Positions 15,992-23,388 of a stretch of 34,899 nt of DNA are shown in pieces; positions within the stretch are counted from its first letter, which is position 1; every line of letters begins with the position of its first letter. A model generated the notes under the pieces. It was not told the DNA's origin. It saw only the letters and a list, made by a program, of their open reading frames with translations, and searched no databases. Origin of the DNA: an uncultured Candidatus Saccharibacteria bacterium (GTDB lineage: Bacteria; Patescibacteriota; Minisyncoccia; Phycocordibacterales; PALSA-1337); contig CAZKSQ010000002.1 of the NCBI GenBank assembly GCA_964555555.1, positions 1 to 34,899 of the forward strand, given 5' to 3'. A program made the position numbers and the translations under genes.

Positions 15992-17491
15992 ATGAAACAT
16001 TTATCAGCCTCGGATTTTTTTGGCATCCTGAAAAATAAAAAGAGCGCCTATTGGGAAAAAGAACAGGCGGCTTATATGCTGGAACAGTTTCATGGTTGCG
16101 CAAAGCACATACCAGCGTACAAGGATTTTTTGCGAAAGAATGGGGTCAAGCCGGAAATGGTGAGGAGCTATAGCGAGCTCGATGACCTGCCGCCAGTCGG
16201 CAAGGATTCCTATCTGCGCAAATTCCCATTGGAAAAGCTCTGCTACGACGGAACCTTGAAGGAACAATCCCTGGTCTTTACATCTACGTCGGGCTCCACG
16301 GGAGCGCCTTTTTATTTCCCGCGGAATGGCATCTTGGACGAGCAGTCGTCGATGTGCCACGAAGCCTTTTTGCGCAATTCTAAGCTGGATTCCAAGAAGT
16401 CCACCCTAGTTCTAGTTTGCTTTGGCATGGGCGTCTGGATCGGCGGCGTCATCACCTATCAGGCGTTCAAAAAGATCACGGAGCGCGGCTGGAACCTGTC
16501 TATCCTGACGCCTGGCGTCAATAAAAAAGAGATCTTCGCGGCCATGAAGAATCTGGCGCCGCACTATGACCAAATCATCCTAGCCGGCTATCCGCCATTC
16601 ATGCGCGATGTCATAGAAGAAGGAGAGGCTGAAGGCATACGCTGGAAAAGCTTCGATATGCGGCTCATCTTTGCCGCGGAAGCATTCTCCGAGGATTTTC
16701 GCGAGTATCTGATGAAAAAAACGGGCATCAAAGAGCCTTACCGCCATACTATGAATATCTATGGCAGTGCCGATCTGGGCACGATGGCGACGGAGACTCC
16801 GCTTGCCATCTTGGTCCGCAGGCTGGCGCTCAAGAAACCCAAGCTCTACAGAAAGCTTTTCAAGGAAGCGCACCGCTTGCCGACTTTGGCGCAATTCAAT
16901 CCGCATTTCATAAATTTCGAGGAGATCGACGGGCATATCTATATCACTGGCAACAATATCTTGCCCTTGGTGCGCTATGAGATCGGCGACAATGGCGGCG
17001 TGAGGACTTACGACGGCGTCGCGGAAATATTCAAGTCGGAGGGTTTCAATCTAGAAAAGGAAATAAGAAAAGCTGGCATAAAGGATACGGTCACAGAATT
17101 GCCTTTCGTATATGTCTACGAGCGGAGCGATCTCTCTGTGAAGCTTTATGGCGCCATCATATATCCGGAGCATGTGAAATATGGACTGGAGAGGTCGGCG
17201 CGCCTGCAAAAATATCTTACTGGCAAATTCACGCTCTTTACCAAGTATGACAAGGACCATGGCGAATATCTGGAATTGAACCTGGAATTACGTCCGGATA
17301 CCAAGGAGAACAAAAAATTAGCGAAAGAAGTCATAAAATGTGTTTCTGCCAGTTTGGCGGAAAAGAGCGCCGAGCACAAGAACAACTTCGACCTGCTGGG
17401 CAATAAAGTCCTGCCGCGCGTGGTCTTCTGGCCGCATGGGCACCCGGAGCACTTCCAGACAGGGATCAAGCAGAAGTGGGTGAAGAGATAG
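15992..17491 (+). CDS. adenylate-forming enzyme, phenylacetate-CoA ligase / CapK / F390-synthetase-like family
   Basis: 499 aa. AMP-binding P-loop-like TSTSGSTGAPFYFP. Overall layout resembles PaaK. Substrate unknown. Confidence 0.7.
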   Translation: MKHLSASDFFGILKNKKSAYWEKEQAAYMLEQFHGCAKHIPAYKDFLRKNGVKPEMVRSYSELDDLPPVGKDSYLRKFPLEKLCYDGTLKEQSLVFTSTSGSTGAPFYFPRNGILDEQSSMCHEAFLRNSKLDSKKSTLVLVCFGMGVWIGGVITYQAFKKITERGWNLSILTPGVNKKEIFAAMKNLAPHYDQIILAGYPPFMRDVIEEGEAEGIRWKSFDMRLIFAAEAFSEDFREYLMKKTGIKEPYRHTMNIYGSADLGTMATETPLAILVRRLALKKPKLYRKLFKEAHRLPTLAQFNPHFINFEEIDGHIYITGNNILPLVRYEIGDNGGVRTYDGVAEIFKSEGFNLEKEIRKAGIKDTVTELPFVYVYERSDLSVKLYGAIIYPEHVKYGLERSARLQKYLTGKFTLFTKYDKDHGEYLELNLELRPDTKENKKLAKEVIKCVSASLAEKSAEHKNNFDLLGNKVLPRVVFWPHGHPEHFQTGIKQKWVKR

Positions 17492-17531
17492 GAAAGTTGT
17501 ATAATACCGGCATACAAATTAACTGCCAAAT

Positions 17532-18716
17532 ATGGAAAAGAACAAGCGAAATATAAAGAAAATCGGCGCTGTGAAGGTGGGACATAAGCCCATTTTATTG
17601 GATTTGGGCAAAAAAGCGGATCAAAAAAAGCTCGATAAATTATTCTCTGACAAAAAGATCCAGCGCGTCTCTGACGATTATCGCGAGCAACTCTTGGAAC
17701 TATTCGGCGTGAAGAATCCGAGTCAGGTATACGCTCCAGAATTCAAGGCCAAGTTCGAGAAACACTACAAAGAGCTGGAAAAGAAAACGCCTTTTATCGA
17801 GCAGGGCAACTGGGTTTACTTCCCTTGGAGTTCGACGCTAGTCCACATCTTGCCTGAAGAAGACTTTTGGCTGGTAAGGACCGCGAGGAATAAGAATCTG
17901 ATCAACAATGAGGAGCAGGAGAAGTTTTATAATTCAACCATTGGGATTGGCGGACTTTCTGTCGGCTCGAGTGTCGCTTTTGCTATCGTTCTCCAAGGCG
18001 GCGCAAAACATTTGAAACTGGCAGACATGGACCGCTTGGCGCTTTCCAATACCAACAGGATATTGATGGGAGTAGACAATCTGGGCGCACTGAAAGTGGA
18101 AATGGCGGCCAGGCGCATTTATGAGATCAACCCATACGCCGAGATTGAAATATTCCCTGAAGGCTTGAACAAAGGGAATATGGACAAATTCTTCAAAGGC
18201 CTTGATGTCGTAGTCGATGAGCTCGATAATCTTGCGGTCAAATACCTGATCCGCGAACATGCTAAAAAGAATAAGTTGCCAGTCGTCATGGCTGCAGATA
18301 ACGGTGACAATGCCGTAGTAGATGTCGAGCGGTATGATCTCGAACCTAATACGCCTTTCTTTCACGGACGCATGGGCGAAGTTTCATTCGAAATGCTCTC
18401 CAAGCTCGACAAGTTCGGCATAGGCAAGATGATAACCAAGCACGTAGGGACGGAGAATGTTACAGAAAAGATGCAGCAGTCGCTTCTTGAAATGGGCAAG
18501 ACCATCGTCTCCTGGCCGCAACTCGGCGGCGCGGCTCTCATAAACGGCGCGGCGGTGGCTTATTGCATCAGAAAGATCTTGAACGGCCAAGAATTGGAAA
18601 AGAACCGGTCGCTCATCTCGTTGGATGAGAAGCTCATACCGAGCTATAACAGCAAAGAGGAAGTAGAGAAGCGCCAGAAGATCGCGGACTCATTCAAGAA
18701 GATTTTTGGCCTATAA
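17532..18716 (+). CDS. ThiF/MoeB/E1-like adenylyltransferase (Rv1355c-family N-terminal module)
   Basis: Rossmann GIGGLSVGSSVA followed by LADMDRLALSNTNR. The N-terminal WVYFPWSSTLVHILPEEDFWLVRTARNKNLI segment matches, from memory, the Rv1355c/MoeY family. Confidence 0.75.
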   Translation: MEKNKRNIKKIGAVKVGHKPILLDLGKKADQKKLDKLFSDKKIQRVSDDYREQLLELFGVKNPSQVYAPEFKAKFEKHYKELEKKTPFIEQGNWVYFPWSSTLVHILPEEDFWLVRTARNKNLINNEEQEKFYNSTIGIGGLSVGSSVAFAIVLQGGAKHLKLADMDRLALSNTNRILMGVDNLGALKVEMAARRIYEINPYAEIEIFPEGLNKGNMDKFFKGLDVVVDELDNLAVKYLIREHAKKNKLPVVMAADNGDNAVVDVERYDLEPNTPFFHGRMGEVSFEMLSKLDKFGIGKMITKHVGTENVTEKMQQSLLEMGKTIVSWPQLGGAALINGAAVAYCIRKILNGQELEKNRSLISLDEKLIPSYNSKEEVEKRQKIADSFKKIFGL

Positions 18717-18740
18717 TATTTATACACCTTTATCAATCTC

Positions 18741-19796
18741 GTGAAAGACGACATAGAAAAAATAATAACCGATGGCATATATGCTCCTTCCGGCGAGAAT
18801 TGCCAGCCGTGGCGATTCGTCGTGAAGGGCAATGTTATTGAAGTTTTTAATCTTCCCGAGCTTGATAAATCTTTATACAACTACAAGCAAAAAGGTTCAT
18901 ACGTCGCTCACGGCGCGCTCATCGAGAACATAGTCATAAGCGCATCTCGGAGGGGCTATTCATCATCCGTGCAAATATTCCCTAGAGCTGAAGAGAATCT
19001 CATCTCGGCGATTACGCTTACGAAAGCAGAAGCCAAGAATGAGCCGCTTTTTCCATTCGTAGTAAAAAGGCATACCAATCGCAAAGATCACAAGCAGAAG
19101 AAGCTCAACACCGAACAAAAGAATGCACTGACTAGCGCCGCCAAGGAAGGGAAGCTGGGAGAGCTGACTATTATCGACGACAAAGTTTCCATGGATAAGC
19201 TCGGCAAAGCATTGGCGGTGAACGAGCAGGTGATATTCGAGAATAAAAAGCTGCATGACTTCTTTTACGAGCACATTCTTTGGAAGGAGGATGACCAATA
19301 TAAGGCTGGAGGTTTTTACATCAAGACTCTGGAATTCCTGCCGCACCAGCTGAAAGGCGTCAAGCTATTCAAGGCTTGGCCTATTCTTAAATTGCTGAAT
19401 AAGATCGGAAAAGTCTCTCGCGTCATCGCCAAGGAAAATAGCGAGAAATATGCCAAGTCCGGCGCGTTGGGAATCATTACCGTGAATGGAAACGCGAACA
19501 AAGATTACGTTAATGCAGGCAGGGTCGCCGAACGAGTCTGGCTCACAGCGACCAAGCTTGGAATAAGTGTGCACCCTTGCACCGGCGTGCTCTACTTCAT
19601 GGAAAATATAAGAGACCACAATGAAAAGGAGTTTTCGCTAGAGCACCAAGATGCCATCAGACGTGCATATGCGGACATAATAAAGACTTTTAAGGTATCC
19701 GGAAAAACAACACCCATGCTTTTCCGCCTAGGCTTCGCCGAAGAGGCGAGCGCCAAGGCGATGAGGATGAATCCCGAAATTAAATATTTGACGTAA
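18741..19796 (+). CDS. double-domain nitroreductase-fold (FMN) protein
   Basis: 351 aa. N-terminal YAPSGENCQPWRF nitroreductase signature. The length fits two fused nitroreductase halves (Acg-like). GTG start. Confidence 0.75.
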   Translation: MKDDIEKIITDGIYAPSGENCQPWRFVVKGNVIEVFNLPELDKSLYNYKQKGSYVAHGALIENIVISASRRGYSSSVQIFPRAEENLISAITLTKAEAKNEPLFPFVVKRHTNRKDHKQKKLNTEQKNALTSAAKEGKLGELTIIDDKVSMDKLGKALAVNEQVIFENKKLHDFFYEHILWKEDDQYKAGGFYIKTLEFLPHQLKGVKLFKAWPILKLLNKIGKVSRVIAKENSEKYAKSGALGIITVNGNANKDYVNAGRVAERVWLTATKLGISVHPCTGVLYFMENIRDHNEKEFSLEHQDAIRRAYADIIKTFKVSGKTTPMLFRLGFAEEASAKAMRMNPEIKYLT

Positions 19797-19832
19797 GTAT
19801 ATATTTACTGTATAAAGTAATAAACTTAGCGC

Positions 19833-19860
19833 GACAGCCTGCATAAAGTAGGCTGTCTTT
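19833..19860 (+). terminator. putative terminator ending the operon
   Basis: GACAGCCT-gcataaagt-AGGCTGTC followed by TTT. The T-run is short. Confidence 0.45.
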
Positions 19861-19891
19861 GACAAAACAATAACAAAAGAAGAGAGAAAGT

Positions 19892-22462
19892 ATGAAGATG
19901 AATGTAACCTTAAGCATGGCGGTAACGAGCGTTTTCGCGCTCTTGGTATCAGTTACGCGGTTAGTCAGCCAAACACAAATGTATACTCTGGTTGATATCG
20001 ATCCAACATCCGCTTACTCGTTGGTTGAGGCAAATGCCATCAATGCCAACGGTGAAGTCGCGGGTGATTTCTTGCTCGCTGGTAGCCCGATCAGGCATGC
20101 ATTCCTGTATAAAAATGGAACAATGAGTGATATCGGCACATTTCAGGGCTATCAAAGCATGGCTAATGGAATCAACGATGTTGGCCAAGTCGTCGGCAAT
20201 CTAAAGGTTGAAGGCGGCATCGGCAGGGCATTTCTGTATTCGAATGGTTCGATGGTCATGCTCGATACTCTGGGGGGTTCCGGAAATAGTGCGATGGCGA
20301 TCAATAACTATGGTCAAATTGCCGGATCTTCCCAGCTCGCTGGCAACAATAGTTCGCATGCCTGCATATATGAGAATGGTTCGATTCTTGACTTGGGCAC
20401 TTTGGGGGGAACTAATAGTACCGCCTTTGCTATCAATGACCACGGAGAAGTTGTTGGCTACTCGGATCTATCGAATGGTTCTAGCAAAGCTTTTTTGTAC
20501 TCGAATGGCTCTATCAAAAAGCTGGATGGTCTTGAAAATCCCTCAGGAATCAATAACCTTGGCCAAGTGCTAGGTTACAGTTATATATCCGATCCTGTAT
20601 TAACAATATTTCATTCTTTCTTATATGAGAATGGAACTGTGCGGGATCTGGATAATGCTGGTACTCAAGGCTTTGCGAACGGAATCAATGACTCTGACCA
20701 AATTGTCGGAGTATCGTTTGTCGGACAAACTTCAGAGGCTCGACTATACTCGAATGGTTCGTGGAAATATCTGAAGGATCTATCCATCGTCAACGGAACA
20801 GGTTGGACGTTCTACTCTGCCAATGCCATAAACAATCGCGGACAAATAGTTGGCAATGGAAAGAATCCATCTGGACAAGGACACGCGTTCTTGCTCAACC
20901 CGATTCCTATAGGCGCAGTCGAAACGGTCAGCAACGCCAAGCCGGCACAGCCGACTTACGGCAATCTGCCGGTAAAGGATCCGACGAAGGACAGTTTGGT
21001 GGTGGTGACGCATGGGTGGCAACCATTTCCATTTCCACCAGACATCGGATGGGTAGATAAGATGTCGAGCAACATTGATACATATTTATCCAATCATATG
21101 ATAAACAACTGGCAAGTCTATGGCCACAAATGGGTTGACGGTGCGTGGAAGCTAGATCCATCAGATGCGCTTGTCAACGCGATAAAGGAAGGAAAAACTC
21201 TAGGCGAAAGTATTGTAGCTCAAGGGTGGACACACGTTCACTTCATCGCTCACAGCGCTGGAGCTGCATTGATTCAAACAGCCACTGACGTGATAAAGAA
21301 GCCGGGGTCGGCTTCGTTTTCTACGGTAGTTCACGAAACATTCTTGGATGCCTTTGTCGGCTCCAATTTTGCAGGTATAACTACTTACGGTAGAGGTGCG
21401 GATTGGGCAGACAGTTACTTCACTCGCGATGGGCAGACTGAAATTGATCCGTTCGTAAGCCTCTTCGTCATAGCCCCTTACACAGAATCGCCTGTGTTCC
21501 ATTCATACAACGTGGACGTCACGTTTCTCGATCCTCATAAGTCGAGCTATGCAAAGTTCGTCTCGCTGGCGAGTGGGGATCAAATCATTGAAACGTGCCA
21601 CGACACCGAAACTACACACGGATGGCCGATAGACTTTTACACGAATACAATAGTGGGAAATGTTACATCGAACTATGCCGGTTTCGGTTTTCCTCTAAGC
21701 GAGGAAGGTGGCAAGTGGGATTCGAGATCAGAATACGTAACGGGAAACGGCACGGACATTCATCGGGATATACCAACACAAATACTCGGCATTCCCGACT
21801 CTGTTTGTGGTGCTATTGCACAGCTAAATCCTCAAGCGTATCCAGATACTCCTATTGATATTGCTCAAGCATCATCCGCAGACAGTCAAACCGGCTCTCT
21901 GCAGAAGCGGTCCGGTTCAGTCGCTCTATATTCCGGTTCGCCGGTTTGGACAGCAATGTTCGTATCGAGTACAAACCCCGTTAATTTTGTTTCATTCGAC
22001 GCAGAATTCACGGATACCAATTCAGCCCAGGGGCTGCTATCTGTTTACTGGGACACAAATACTATAGGGACTCTGGATGAAAGAGTTGTCTTATCAGAAT
22101 TCCAGCATTATTTGTTTAAGTTTCCGAACGCAGCTCCCAATAGTTTGCACATGCTAGGTTTCCGTCTCGATCCATTCACAGTTGCGCATTCGAGCATATT
22201 GCTTACAAACATCGTGCTCAATCAAGTCGGCGTCAGTCGACCGTTCTCGCTGTCCGTAACTACTAACATGGTTAATGGACTGCGGTTGCTACGGTTAGAT
22301 GGAGAAGCTGGATTCAACTACAATGTCCAGGCATCGTCTAACCTCGCCAGCACCAACTGGACTCAAATCGCTATCCTGGCGAATACCAACGGCACGGTGT
22401 TTTTCTACGACCGTGACTCAACAAATTACCTTCAACGGTTCTACCGAGCGGTAGTCCCGTAG
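19892..22462 (+). CDS. secreted HAF-repeat protein with central alpha/beta-hydrolase (lipase/esterase-like) domain and two C-terminal beta-rich modules
   Basis: Signal peptide. About 8 repeats of the HAFLY.NG.M.D(L/I)GT(L/F).G..S.A..IN..GQ(V/I)VG type (HAF extracellular repeat). VVVTHGW...HFIAHSAGAAL gives a nucleophile elbow AHSAG. C-terminus ...QRFYRAVVP. Confidence 0.85.
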   Translation: MKMNVTLSMAVTSVFALLVSVTRLVSQTQMYTLVDIDPTSAYSLVEANAINANGEVAGDFLLAGSPIRHAFLYKNGTMSDIGTFQGYQSMANGINDVGQVVGNLKVEGGIGRAFLYSNGSMVMLDTLGGSGNSAMAINNYGQIAGSSQLAGNNSSHACIYENGSILDLGTLGGTNSTAFAINDHGEVVGYSDLSNGSSKAFLYSNGSIKKLDGLENPSGINNLGQVLGYSYISDPVLTIFHSFLYENGTVRDLDNAGTQGFANGINDSDQIVGVSFVGQTSEARLYSNGSWKYLKDLSIVNGTGWTFYSANAINNRGQIVGNGKNPSGQGHAFLLNPIPIGAVETVSNAKPAQPTYGNLPVKDPTKDSLVVVTHGWQPFPFPPDIGWVDKMSSNIDTYLSNHMINNWQVYGHKWVDGAWKLDPSDALVNAIKEGKTLGESIVAQGWTHVHFIAHSAGAALIQTATDVIKKPGSASFSTVVHETFLDAFVGSNFAGITTYGRGADWADSYFTRDGQTEIDPFVSLFVIAPYTESPVFHSYNVDVTFLDPHKSSYAKFVSLASGDQIIETCHDTETTHGWPIDFYTNTIVGNVTSNYAGFGFPLSEEGGKWDSRSEYVTGNGTDIHRDIPTQILGIPDSVCGAIAQLNPQAYPDTPIDIAQASSADSQTGSLQKRSGSVALYSGSPVWTAMFVSSTNPVNFVSFDAEFTDTNSAQGLLSVYWDTNTIGTLDERVVLSEFQHYLFKFPNAAPNSLHMLGFRLDPFTVAHSSILLTNIVLNQVGVSRPFSLSVTTNMVNGLRLLRLDGEAGFNYNVQASSNLASTNWTQIAILANTNGTVFFYDRDSTNYLQRFYRAVVP

Positions 22463-22482
22463 TTCTATATAGTTCTTTCACA

Positions 22483-22508
22483 GAGCTCGCTTCGGCGGGC
22501 TCTTTTTT
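22483..22508 (+). terminator. rho-independent terminator with UUCG tetraloop
   Basis: GAGCTCGC-ttcg-GCGGGCTC followed by TTTTTT. Confidence 0.75.
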
Positions 22509-22529
22509 ATTGACAATTACACCGTGTTC

Positions 22530-22841
22530 CTAGACCATCCAAGCTGTTGCCCAAAAATAATATGCAACAGAAAGAAGTAGCGCTATTATTTCAAGGAGTG
22601 TAATAATATTACCAACCAGAATGGATTTATCAGCTTTAAGATTTTTATAACCAAAAAATATTGCTATTACAAAGAATATAAAATATGGCCATATATATAA
22701 GTCATACAAAATAGTCGAAACAACGTGCGATTGGGGTGGGTTCATGATTAACTCCCTTCCTAAAGATAACCACAAAAATATCCATAGAGGAGCTACCACA
22801 AAAAAACCAAGAGATAGGAACACGTTTTTATATTTATCCAT
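22530..22841 (-). CDS. small polytopic membrane protein, unknown function
   Basis: 103 aa with 3-4 hydrophobic helices. N-terminus MDKYKNVFLSL resembles that of its neighbour. Confidence 0.6.
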   Translation of the reverse strand: MDKYKNVFLSLGFFVVAPLWIFLWLSLGRELIMNPPQSHVVSTILYDLYIWPYFIFFVIAIFFGYKNLKADKSILVGNIITLLEIIALLLSVAYYFWATAWMV

Positions 22842-22850
22842 GATATTGAT

Positions 22851-22859
22851 ATTTTAACA
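22851..22859 (-). promoter_or_regulatory. extended -10 element (minus strand)
   Basis: The minus strand reads TGTTAAAAT, 9 nt before ATG at 22841. Confidence 0.4.
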
Positions 22860-22885
22860 TATAAAACTATATTTTGATATTCACA

Positions 22886-22913
22886 GAGTCCATCTTCGGG
22901 TGGACTCTTTTTT
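22886..22913 (+). repeat. second copy of the UUCG-tetraloop terminator-like hairpin
   Basis: GAGTCCATC-ttcg-GGTGGACTC followed by TTTTTT. The flanks TTCACAGAG...CTCTTTTTTATT match the hairpin at 22483. No plus-strand gene lies upstream of it. Confidence 0.6.
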
Positions 22914-22915
22914 AT

Positions 22916-23254
22916 TTAGCTAGTTACAGTACTCCATTTAAAAGCAAAAGCATAAAAAAACAAAAAAAACAATAAAGCTAATATTCCGATAATTCCCAAG
23001 GCAGTACCTATCCAAGTTGACTCTTTTGAATCAACACTCTTGGAAGCGAAAAATACTCCGAGTGCGAGCAACAACAGGCATGGGACAAAAAGGATACCAA
23101 TCGATATTTGTACGATCAAAAAAGATTCAGGCGCGGGAAAAAATACTAACCAATATGGACCAACGACAGATGAATATAGCAAATACCATATAAAAACAAA
23201 AAAATAAGAACTTAATGACAGTAGAGTATTTTTATATTTTTGTGTAGATATCAT
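22916..23254 (-). CDS. small polytopic membrane protein, paralog of 22530-22841
   Basis: Start taken at MISTQKYKNTLLSL. The shared KYKN.LLSL N-terminus and helix layout match the neighbour. A TATAAT lies 7 nt upstream. Confidence 0.6.
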   Translation of the reverse strand: MISTQKYKNTLLSLSSYFFVFIWYLLYSSVVGPYWLVFFPAPESFLIVQISIGILFVPCLLLLALGVFFASKSVDSKESTWIGTALGIIGILALLFFLFFYAFAFKWSTVTS

Positions 23255-23261
23255 ATGTCGA

Positions 23262-23267
23262 ATTATA
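23262..23267 (-). promoter_or_regulatory. -10 hexamer, leaderless-type (minus strand)
   Basis: The minus strand reads TATAAT, ending 7 nt before ATG at 23254. Confidence 0.4.
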
Positions 23268-23373
23268 ACTACCCATCCTACAAATGACAAACACGTTGGT
23301 GGATAACAATATGACTATTTATAAGCATCTCAGTAACTGTTGATATCCTTTGCAGACTTTGGGATGAGAACTA

Positions 23374-23382
23374 TGTCATAAT
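23374..23382 (+). promoter_or_regulatory. extended -10 element, leaderless-type
   Basis: TGTCATAAT ends 6 nt before ATG 23389. Confidence 0.45.
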
Positions 23383-23388
23383 AAACGT

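Noticed and set aside
17532-18716. E1-like protein as part of a ubiquitin-like conjugation or CBASS/Bil-type defence system
   Set aside because: No E2-like, JAB/DUB, Ubl, cyclase or effector gene is adjacent. The context is metabolic.
13495-19860. Calling the cluster a thiazole/oxazole (TOMM) or PQQ pathway
   Set aside because: No YcaO cyclodehydratase or PqqB-E homologs are present. The micro-ORF has no Cys/Ser/Thr-rich core and no PqqA-like E-x3-Y context that I can defend.
22886-22913. Second UUCG hairpin as the terminator of the minus-strand gene 22916-23254
   Set aside because: Read on the minus strand, the A-run precedes the stem and no T-run follows it. It is better explained as a copy carried along by the tandem duplication.
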